Shown piece after piece: positions 1 to 5,508 of a stretch of DNA of 5,721 nt. The position numbers and the translations under genes are program-made. Every line of letters starts with the position of its first letter. Position 1 is the stretch's first letter. Source of the stretch: a virus; IMG/VR virus record IMGVR_UViG_3300045988_001523, one strand, 5' to 3'. The notes beneath the pieces are model-generated. The model did not search any database. It was not told where the DNA came from and saw only the letters and a program-made list of their open reading frames with translations.

Positions 1-55
1 GTGCTGCTCCCGCGGTCTGTCCGTGCTATATCTTCTACGGTTCTTGCACTGCTTG
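1..55. repeat. Terminal direct repeat, copy A (circular-genome assembly overlap)
   Basis: Bases 1..55 (gtgctgctcccgcggtctgtccgtgctatatcttctacggttcttgcactgcttg) match 5667..5721 base for base. An ORF reads through both copies in the same frame. Confidence 0.95.
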
Positions 56-851
56 TCGTCACGTTCTTCATGATCTGTTCCATTTGTTCTGCCTGCTCCC
101 ATTTTCCGTATTCTTTTGCCGTGTTTATGGTCTGCATGGCGTTGTTCAAAAATTGGCTTGTGTTGTTTCCGTAGTCGTACATGCTTTGCATGGTCGCCGT
201 GTGTGCTGCCGGAATGCTTTGTGCTTGCGTGTGGCTGTATGTCTGGCTGCTGATGCTTCCATAGCCGCCGTTTGGCGTGCTCGCTCCGTAGCCGTTATAG
301 GCTGTTAACACCGGGTTTAAGCCTGCTGCTTTCAGATCTGCCACGCCACGCTGGTAACTGGTATTGCTCATTTTTTCTTCCCAGTTCCGTTGTGCTGCTG
401 CTTCCTGTGAGTTGTACTTTCTTGCGCTTGCCTGACTTGCCGCGTTCATGGCATTTGCAAAAAGGTTGCTCCCAAGATTCAGCAGATTTCCAAGGCTCCA
501 TTGTCCGGTTTGCAGGTTGTTTGCTGTCGCTGCCTGACCTGCGTTGAAGTTTGCTGCCTCACCTGCGTTGTTTCCGGTCGGTGTTCCCAGTGCATCTTTC
601 AGGATTCCTGCAATTCCGCCGATGCTTCCCATGTTCATGCTGCTGCCACTGCTCGTGGTGCTGCCTGTCGTGGTTGTTCCACTGGTCGTTGTGCCGGTTG
701 TTCCTGTGGTAGTCGTGCCGGTTGTTTGGTTCATGCTTCCTTGGTTGAATGCGCTGGAACTGTTGCCTATTTTATTGATTATGCTACTTCCTAGGCTTCC
801 AGCTGCGCTTATGCCTGCCGTGATGGCCGGTAGCCATTCCAAGAGTGCCAT
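1..851 (-). CDS. VP2: VP2 DNA pilot / minor capsid protein, N-terminal 283 codons (continues across the circular junction)
   Basis: ATG at 851..849 (minus) with GGGAGG at 865..860, 8 nt upstream, and 16 nt after the VP1 stop. I checked every codon of this frame from 851 down to position 1 and found no stop. The ORF is missing from the track because it leaves the window. It translates as [29 protein letters not shown]..., then a Thr/Gly/Ser tract, then ...[34 protein letters not shown]. That last stretch is the conserved core I recognise from gokushovirus VP2 proteins. Confidence 0.85.
   Translation of the reverse strand, partial: MALLEWLPAITAGISAAGSLGSSIINKIGNSSSAFNQGSMNQTTGTTTTGTTGTTTSGTTTTGSTTSSGSSMNMGSIGGIAGILKDALGTPTGNNAGEAANFNAGQAATANNLQTGQWSLGNLLNLGSNLFANAMNAASQASARKYNSQEAAAQRNWEEKMSNTSYQRGVADLKAAGLNPVLTAYNGYGASTPNGGYGSISSQTYSHTQAQSIPAAHTATMQSMYDYGNNTSQFLNNAMQTINTAKEYGKWEQAEQMEQIMKNVTTSSARTVEDIARTDRGSS
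639..725 (-). repeat. Low-complexity Thr/Gly/Ser-coding tract inside VP2
   Basis: VP2 residues ~43-71 read [29 protein letters not shown], encoded by reiterated ACN/GGN/AGY codons. The antisense of this tract produces the spurious hydrophobic plus-strand ORF 544..945. Confidence 0.8.
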
Positions 852-867
852 TCATTTGTCCTCCCGT

Positions 868-2553
868 TTAGATTGTATCGAGGCCCGGAATACTGTAGAT
901 CGGCATAGGACGTGTCCACGTCTGATCGTAGTACAGGTTTACTAAGAACTGATGGCTGTTCGAGCTCTGAACCGCAATTGTTCGGTCGATGTTCTCGGTA
1001 CCTTCCTGTATCCAGCTGCTGCTCAAGGTCGGAAGCTGTGTGTACTTGTCCGCATAGTGCCATGCGTCCAAGGTCTGAGCGTAGGTGCTCCGCATTTCGC
1101 CAGTGATCTGGTTCGTGCGGTACCTGTAGTCGGCCCACGCTTCCTGGTACCCAAAGACCTCTTCATCTTTGGCGTTCCCCTGTGCATAGATCTCTTGATT
1201 GAGTACTGCCTGTTCTCCCAGATTTGCAAGCATCGGGTCATAGTAACTGAATCTCGTGCTTCTGGTCCACAGTCGGCTGAGGCCCTGCTGATAGCTGTGA
1301 TCTACTCGGATTGCTGCCAGTCCGATGACATAGCCGTGCTCGGTTGCGCTGTAGGTGCACATGTTCCGGCTCATCGTCGTCATACTGTATGCACCGGTGT
1401 TGCCCTGCGGGCTCGTGCTGTCCGTTGCACTGGTCTGCACCACCTGATTGACGTTGATAGGCATCCTGTAGCCGCCGATGTACTCACTCCGGTCAAGTCG
1501 TGCGTCCGGACTGGTCACACCCCATGCACCCTGCAAGATTTCTTTGTACCGGGTGCCGGTTCTGGCGTCACGCTCGAAGATGTGTTGTACTGCGATCGCC
1601 TGCCGGAGTTCGTTGATCGTTGCCGCCGTTACGCTGCTGAGGTCTGCACCCATGTATGCCTTTTGACTGTAATTTCCGTTGTCGTAGTCGGTCTGCCCTG
1701 CCGTTTTGCTTGCCCAGAAATAGTTGCCTGTACTGTTGAACGGGTACCCTTCCAGCATTTTCGCGTTTTCGGCATCGGTTACCATGCTTCCGTATTCCCA
1801 CGCTCCGGCCTTTGCTCCTGATACTGTTCCGTAGCTTTTTGCTTCTTTTGTCAGTGCGGTGTCGATGAATGCTCGCACCGGTGCGTTGCCTCCAAGCGGG
1901 ATCGTCACCGGATCAACTGCTTTTTGCGGCGACGGCAAACAGCTTGTGAAGTAATCTTTGTACTTGCATACTTTCAGCGGCATGCCGCCTTTTTCGGCGT
2001 CGCTCAGGCTCGTGCCCGTGTTGCTGCCTGCGGTCGTTGCGTCGCTTTTGCTCATGGTCACCGGCTGTTGCAAGTTTTCATCCCGGAACCACTCGTTCCA
2101 CACTTTGCAGTATGCCCGGAACGGCATTGAGTTCACGCTCAGGTTTGGTACTCCGGTCGGAATGCCGAAATAGTCTGCCAGTGTGCCAACATTCCAGCCG
2201 CCGCTCGGTGCAGTCGTCTGCGGCGTGGTGTATTCCGTTGCTTCTGCCCAAAACGTTTTGTCGTTCTGGCCCATGAGATTTTCAAAGTGCTCCCACAGCA
2301 GGCGTGCCGGTACGAAGAAGAAATAGTAGTCCATATACGCATTATCCATGACCGGATAAAGCGGCGTGGACATTCGCGCCAATGCGTTCACGTTCACTTT
2401 GAAGGTATCTGCCGGTAACACCTCATCAAGATAAATGGGGACCAAATCGCCCTCGTTGATGGTCGTCAAAAGACTGTAGTCTCGTTTGAATCTTGCTCGC
2501 CGGATTTCTGCGTGTGGCACCTGACTATAGTGCTGCTCACTGTTTCTGTTCAT
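868..2553 (-). CDS. VP1: Major capsid protein VP1 (Microviridae F-protein family)
   Basis: 561-aa ORF with ATG at 2553 and GAGGTG 7 nt upstream. The N-terminus (...SQVPHAEIRRARFKRDYSLLTTINEGDLVPIYLDEVLPADTF...MSTPLYPVMDNAYMDYYFFFVPARLLW) has the typical gokushovirus VP1 pattern. Size and position (after the scaffold gene, before VP2) fit. Confidence 0.95.
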   Translation of the reverse strand: MNRNSEQHYSQVPHAEIRRARFKRDYSLLTTINEGDLVPIYLDEVLPADTFKVNVNALARMSTPLYPVMDNAYMDYYFFFVPARLLWEHFENLMGQNDKTFWAEATEYTTPQTTAPSGGWNVGTLADYFGIPTGVPNLSVNSMPFRAYCKVWNEWFRDENLQQPVTMSKSDATTAGSNTGTSLSDAEKGGMPLKVCKYKDYFTSCLPSPQKAVDPVTIPLGGNAPVRAFIDTALTKEAKSYGTVSGAKAGAWEYGSMVTDAENAKMLEGYPFNSTGNYFWASKTAGQTDYDNGNYSQKAYMGADLSSVTAATINELRQAIAVQHIFERDARTGTRYKEILQGAWGVTSPDARLDRSEYIGGYRMPINVNQVVQTSATDSTSPQGNTGAYSMTTMSRNMCTYSATEHGYVIGLAAIRVDHSYQQGLSRLWTRSTRFSYYDPMLANLGEQAVLNQEIYAQGNAKDEEVFGYQEAWADYRYRTNQITGEMRSTYAQTLDAWHYADKYTQLPTLSSSWIQEGTENIDRTIAVQSSNSHQFLVNLYYDQTWTRPMPIYSIPGLDTI

Positions 2554-3052
2554 CTGCTTTCACCTCGTTTTTTGTCTTTTTGACGGTTGCGTTGCTCTGA
2601 TCCGGCTGTGTTGCAGCATCGTTTTTCGTCAAAATGCCCATTTTTTCAAGCCACTCGTTTTCGCCTGCGGTCGCTGCCCACTGCTCAAAGTTCATGCCGA
2701 ATTTCTGCCGGATTTCCAGCGGCAGCTGGTTGAACTTCTCTCGCTGCTCGTTCATCATGTTGAGGTATTCCGTGTACGTCTGCGGCAGTTTGCTGGTGTC
2801 GATGTAATATCCCGGTGTTGCCAGTGCGGTGTCGTCGCCTGCTGCGTATCGGCTCAAGATCGCCATCACGTCACACTGTTCTCTGTAGCTCTGGATTTTC
2901 TCGTAAGTGTTTACATCACCTACTTTTTCCAGATATGCTTCACCCCGTTCATCGTACCTTTCCCGGTATTCCGGCTCGAGTATGTTTCCTGGACAGCTCG
3001 GTTTGCTCTCCGGCTTTTCGTCTCCGTATGGCTTAAAGATTTTTGCCGGCAT
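2537..3052 (-). CDS. VP3: Internal scaffolding protein VP3 (Chlamydia-phage scaffold-like)
   Basis: The track ORF starts at TTG 3070. I prefer ATG 3052, which has AGGAGGAG (3067..3060) 7 nt upstream and gives 171 aa. It is an acidic/helical protein (...YEKIQSYREQCDVMAILSRYAAGDDTAL...QLPLEIRQKFGMNFEQW...) resembling gokushovirus VP3. Its 3' end overlaps the VP1 start by 17 nt. Confidence 0.8.
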   Translation of the reverse strand: MPAKIFKPYGDEKPESKPSCPGNILEPEYRERYDERGEAYLEKVGDVNTYEKIQSYREQCDVMAILSRYAAGDDTALATPGYYIDTSKLPQTYTEYLNMMNEQREKFNQLPLEIRQKFGMNFEQWAATAGENEWLEKMGILTKNDAATQPDQSNATVKKTKNEVKADEQKQ

Positions 3053-3284
3053 GTTTCTTCTCCTCCTCAAGGTTATAGACCAGCTGCGGCACGCACGGAT
3101 TGATTGCGCCGGTTTCGTTGTCGTAGGTACCCATCAGATAGATGCGCTTGTCGTCGCAGTCTGCCGGTTCGTTCTCCTGCATCAGCCACTTAAAAGTGCG
3201 CTGGGCCACCTTTTCGTTTACCACCATTAGGTTTGCAAAGGTTCCTGCCAGTTCGTCCTTGATAGAATACAGATTGAAAGTCAT
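3033..3284 (-). CDS. Small non-structural protein, VP5-like by size, position and N-terminal pattern
   Basis: 83-aa ORF with ATG at 3284 and AAGGAG upstream (agaaaggagaacaacaATG). Its N-terminus (MTFNLYSIKDELAGTFANLMVVNEKVAQRTFKWL) resembles the M..F.I.D.K...F..P......A.R.F pattern of small gokushovirus proteins encoded just upstream of VP3. It overlaps the VP3 start by 20 nt. Confidence 0.55.
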   Translation of the reverse strand: MTFNLYSIKDELAGTFANLMVVNEKVAQRTFKWLMQENEPADCDDKRIYLMGTYDNETGAINPCVPQLVYNLEEEKKHAGKNL

Positions 3285-3299
3285 TGTTGTTCTCCTTTC

Positions 3300-3419
3300 T
3301 TACAGGCGGATGCCGCCCCGGCTCGGTTTCGGGCTGATGTTGATTTTTTTCGTTTTCTTTGCCGTGTTCGTGAAAACACGTTTGTCGGTTTTTGGATTTA
3401 CGGTGCTTCTGTGTGCCAT
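3300..3419 (-). CDS. 39-aa highly basic protein, probable DNA-binding/packaging protein (phiX174 J / gokushovirus ORF8 analogue)
   Basis: Hand translation gives MAHRSTVNPKTDKRVFTNTAKKTKKINISPKPSRGGIRL, with stop TAA at 3302..3300. GAGGT lies 6 nt upstream of the ATG at 3419. It has 11 Lys/Arg in 39 residues and sits tightly between flanking genes. It is below the ORF-track size cut-off. Confidence 0.6.
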   Translation of the reverse strand: MAHRSTVNPKTDKRVFTNTAKKTKKINISPKPSRGGIRL

Positions 3420-3428
3420 GTTCTTACC

Positions 3429-3515
3429 TCACTTGTCCACGGTTGCGTGATAGATCTCATCAAGGATTGCGAGAATCTTCTTCAGCATCTCCATAATCTG
3501 CTTGATATCTGCCAT
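3429..3515 (-). CDS. 28-aa micro-ORF, amphipathic helical peptide, function unknown
   Basis: Hand translation gives MADIKQIMEMLKKILAILDEIYHATVDK, with stop TGA at 3431..3429. The ATG at 3515 directly abuts the peptidase stop (TAAATG), and GGGGGTGGAG lies just upstream. The ORF fills the gap to the next gene exactly. Confidence 0.4.
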   Translation of the reverse strand: MADIKQIMEMLKKILAILDEIYHATVDK

Positions 3516-3926
3516 TTACTCCACCCCCTTTCTGTATCGTTCGGTGCTGCGCACGTCTACGTGCACAAAGTTGGTATATCTGATAACGCCGCCAGCATCT
3601 CCTAATGCTTTACTTGCGTATTCAGCCACTTCTTTGCTGGTATGGCCTTTGACCTGTATGTCTGCTGCCATGCCTTTCATGTGATAGCTCAGCGGTCGGC
3701 CGCCGACTGCTTTGTTGTGTGCCGGTGTTCTGTATGCGCTGGTGATCGTCACCGGTTCGTTGAAGTGTACACGGATGATCTCCAGCAGCTTTACCAGTGC
3801 TTTTGCAATGATGATAGGTTCGCTGCCGTCTTTGCAGGCATATTCCCTGTACTTAAAGTGCGTAGATACGTTGTTTTTACCATCTTCGGTTCTGGTTGTC
3901 ACAATCATCTCTCTGGTTTCTGCCAT
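3516..3926 (-). CDS. Zn-dependent peptidoglycan peptidase, Peptidase_M15 (M15_3 / D-Ala-D-Ala carboxypeptidase-like) family; candidate endolysin
   Basis: The track ORF starts at GTG 3935. I prefer ATG 3926, which has GAGGTG 6 nt upstream and gives 136 aa. Motifs include ITSAYRTPAHNKAVGGRPLSYHMKGMAADI, which carries the H-x6-D metal ligands (SYHMKGMAAD), and FVHVDVR, which carries the third His. These match the SxYR...N..vGG...S.H..G.A.D ... H.D signature of M15 peptidases. I see no N-terminal signal peptide or TM segment. Confidence 0.85.
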   Translation of the reverse strand: MAETREMIVTTRTEDGKNNVSTHFKYREYACKDGSEPIIIAKALVKLLEIIRVHFNEPVTITSAYRTPAHNKAVGGRPLSYHMKGMAADIQVKGHTSKEVAEYASKALGDAGGVIRYTNFVHVDVRSTERYRKGVE

Positions 3927-3945
3927 TTGTATCACCTCTGGTTGT

Positions 3946-3972
3946 ATTGTAGCATAAAAAAAAAAACGTCAA
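3946..3972 (-). promoter_or_regulatory. Candidate sigma70-type promoter for the peptidase/structural (late) gene block
   Basis: The minus strand reads TTGACG (3972..3967), a 15-nt spacer (T11 + ATGC), then TACAAT (3951..3946). The TG of TGCTACAAT sits in extended -10 position. The element lies ~20 nt upstream of the peptidase ATG. The spacer is short, so this is tentative. Confidence 0.4.
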
Positions 3973-3987
3973 GCTGTTCGCTTAACG
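3956..3987 (-). terminator. Rho-independent terminator downstream of VP4
   Basis: The minus-strand transcript reads CGUUAAGC-GAACA-GCUUGACG. This is an 8-bp stem including one U-G wobble, with a 5-nt loop (3987..3967). A run of 11 U follows immediately (3966..3956). Confidence 0.7.
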
Positions 3988-3999
3988 TTTTGGTGGGTA

Positions 4000-4073
4000 G
4001 GCCTGCTATTTAACTCCCCGCCGCAGCGGCTCATTAAATTTATTTAGCGCAGGCCGTCAGACTTTTCCGTCTG
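4000..4073. repeat. Nested inverted repeats in the VP4-peptidase non-coding region
   Basis: GGCCTGC (4000..4006) pairs with GCAGGCC (4049..4055). This pair encloses a GCCG-CAG-CGGC mini-hairpin (4020..4030) and AT-rich palindromic text (TAAATTTA). CAGAC-TTTTCC-GTCTG (4058..4073) follows. Confidence 0.55.
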
Positions 4074-4094
4074 CTGCTCCTATGCTTATTTAGT

Positions 4095-5192
4095 TTAAAT
4101 TTCTTCCCGAATCAGTTTCTTCATCCTGTCTTGCATTGCTTTGTCTTTTGCGGTATAGTATTCTTGCATGTTTAAGCCGGTCTGTTGTAGCTGTGCAAAG
4201 AGTGCATCATTTGCGATTCTTCGACGTTCTCGCTTGATGGCTCTCAGCTCTTCAGATTCGGCTTTTACTATTGTGTCTTCTATACCTGTTGTTTCTGCTT
4301 CGCTTAGTGGTGCGCTGTTGCTGTGTTCCAGATCAAACAGTTTATCAAAGTATCTTGGAGGTTTACACGTTTTTCCGTTTGCTAGTTGGATGCTATCTTT
4401 TGCATAGATTTCATCTTTGTGCTCAAAATAGTACCGCTGTCCGATTCCTTTACTCATCATGCAGCGTTCTGGTGTGATTCCTAGTTCTTGGTAATACTCT
4501 TGTCCCGCTTTGCCGTACACCTTTTTCGTGGTGTATCGTGCGGTGTATGCCATGTTTTTCCACTCTGCTGCTGCTATGACCACATGTCCCATGCCCCAGA
4601 GCTTTGTTATCCAATCTACATTGTAGTAAGTATATCCTTTCTCTTTTTTGTATGTTTTGAGTTCGTCTTGCTGTATTGGTAGGCTATACACGATCGCATG
4701 ATAGTGTGGTCTATGTGTTTTGCTGCCGTATTCGCCAGCTTGGAAATACATCAGTGCTTCCTGATTCCTCTTGTGGTATTCTAGCCAGCGTCTCAGCCTT
4801 TTCCAGAACTTCTGCATGTCCTCGTCGCACAGGCTCAGATTCTCGGTTATGACTTCTCCTGTTAGTTTGTCGTATGTGTATCGGTATGGAACGTGCTCGT
4901 TGTCGTAGGTGAGAGTTAAAAACCATGCGTTCTTGTGGTATGGCAGCTCCATTTCCATTCTGTTTGCCCAGCTGGAAGAGTTTTGCAGTTTGCACCCTGT
5001 GCACTGTCCGCATGGTATGAGCTGTGCTTCGTCTAATCTGAGCATGTTTAACAGTTCGCTTTCTTGGCTTACGATCTCTATACCGTCGATGATGATTCCA
5101 TTTTTCCGTGTATGTTCATCACTCCATAGGTATTTTTTCAGACTGGTTATCTGTCCGTTTTTGAACCGGACTAAAGGTTTTGTGCACCCCAT
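4095..5192 (-). CDS. VP4: Replication initiation protein VP4 (HUH rolling-circle endonuclease, phiX174 gpA-like)
   Basis: Motifs present are FLTLTY (RCR motif 1), RPHYHAIVY (HUH motif) and AYTARYTTKK (paired catalytic Tyr, Y-x3-Y). There is also the PCGQCTGCK cysteine cluster usual near the N-terminus of gokushovirus VP4. The track starts the ORF at TTG 5264. I prefer ATG 5192 (MGCTKPLVRF..., 365 aa), with GGAAGGAG ending 12 nt upstream. ATG 5228 is an alternative, but it lies inside the 16-bp hairpin. Confidence 0.93.
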   Translation of the reverse strand: MGCTKPLVRFKNGQITSLKKYLWSDEHTRKNGIIIDGIEIVSQESELLNMLRLDEAQLIPCGQCTGCKLQNSSSWANRMEMELPYHKNAWFLTLTYDNEHVPYRYTYDKLTGEVITENLSLCDEDMQKFWKRLRRWLEYHKRNQEALMYFQAGEYGSKTHRPHYHAIVYSLPIQQDELKTYKKEKGYTYYNVDWITKLWGMGHVVIAAAEWKNMAYTARYTTKKVYGKAGQEYYQELGITPERCMMSKGIGQRYYFEHKDEIYAKDSIQLANGKTCKPPRYFDKLFDLEHSNSAPLSEAETTGIEDTIVKAESEELRAIKRERRRIANDALFAQLQQTGLNMQEYYTAKDKAMQDRMKKLIREEI

Positions 5193-5216
5193 GGATGTTT
5201 CATTCTCCTTCCCTGC

Positions 5217-5258
5217 CAACTGGCCCATATACCCTTCTTGATGTATATGGGCCAGTTG
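5217..5258. repeat. Perfect 16-bp inverted repeat (42-nt stem-loop) between the RHH gene and the VP4 start
   Basis: CAACTGGCCCATATAC (5217..5232) and GTATATGGGCCAGTTG (5243..5258) are exact reverse complements, separated by a 10-nt loop (5233..5242). No U/T run follows on either strand. The VP4 Shine-Dalgarno begins a few nt after the stem on the minus strand. Confidence 0.9.
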
Positions 5259-5295
5259 ACACAAAATCGCTTGACCGTACTGTCAATTAGATGGA

Positions 5296-5490
5296 TTATT
5301 GTTTCTTCTGCCATTCATTTGTGAATGTGTACCCCGTCATCTTGTGGCAGTACGATACAATTGCTTCCCGGATGATGTCACTTTGGTTCATGTTCCATCC
5401 TCTGGTGCTCATTTCGTGTTGGAGTGCTTCAAGTGCCTTCTTTTCACGGTCGGTCAAATTGATGTTGATTCTTTTGGTCACGTTTTTCAT
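5296..5490 (-). CDS. Ribbon-helix-helix (Arc/MetJ/CopG-like) DNA-binding protein, putative transcriptional regulator
   Basis: 64-aa ORF with ATG at 5490 and AGGAGG 7 nt upstream. KRININL has the alternating pattern of an RHH beta-strand. TDREKKALEALQHEMS fits helix A, G-W-N-M-N-Q-S a turn, and DIIREAIVSY helix B. It is the first gene after a strong promoter and lies directly upstream of VP4. The fold assignment is by pattern only. Confidence 0.65.
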   Translation of the reverse strand: MKNVTKRININLTDREKKALEALQHEMSTRGWNMNQSDIIREAIVSYCHKMTGYTFTNEWQKKQ

Positions 5491-5508
5491 GTTTTGTCCT
5501 CCTACTTT

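Noticed and set aside
784-855. ATG at 855, 4 nt upstream of the VP2 ATG (ATGAATG), opening a 23-codon ORF ([23 protein letters not shown]).
   Set aside because: It stops after 23 codons (TAG at 786..784). The SD spacing is only 4 nt, versus 8 nt for ATG 851. The 851 frame is the one that gives the conserved VP2 sequence.
809-1138. Minus-strand ORFs nested in alternative frames of VP1, VP2 and VP4, as possible phiX174-style overprinted genes. They are 809..1138, 1023..1241, 1568..1801, 2139..2342, 4711..5013 and 295..501.
   Set aside because: I see no SD before their starts (for example, cgaagcacagctcatacc precedes ATG 5013). None has a transmembrane segment that would suggest an E-like lysis protein, and their Arg/Ser/Thr-rich composition looks like frame-shifted translation. 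Overprinting cannot be excluded without comparative data, so I do not report them as features.
952-1821. Long plus-strand ORFs in the track. They include 952..1821 (289 aa), 544..945, 501..794, 3642..4013, 4909..5241 and 5299..5589.
   Set aside because: All lie antisense to well-supported minus-strand genes. Their products are Cys/Val/Leu-rich low-complexity sequences typical of antisense shadows of A-rich, stop-poor coding frames. None has a convincing SD, and none resembles a protein family I recognise.
3969-4034. A 21-codon minus-strand ORF (MSRCGGELNSRPTHQNVKRTA) in the VP4-peptidase spacer.
   Set aside because: It has no SD (an AT-rich aaataaatttaATG context). It runs through the inverted repeats and ends inside the terminator stem. 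The region is better explained as structured non-coding DNA.
5193-5264. Upstream starts used by the ORF track: TTG 5264 for VP4, TTG 3070 for VP3 and GTG 3935 for the peptidase.
   Set aside because: In each case a downstream ATG has a properly spaced SD. The extra N-terminal residues of VP4 would be translated from the 16-bp hairpin and the region upstream of the SD. ATG 5228 remains a possible alternative VP4 start.
5256-5286. A perfect TTGACA on each strand: plus 5256..5261 and minus 5286..5281. Together they form a 6-bp inverted repeat between the RHH stop and the big hairpin. They could be a dedicated VP4 promoter or divergent promoters.
   Set aside because: No acceptable -10 hexamer lies 16-19 nt downstream on either strand (tgtgtc on the minus strand, actgtc on the plus strand). 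VP4 is more simply explained as co-transcribed with the RHH gene.
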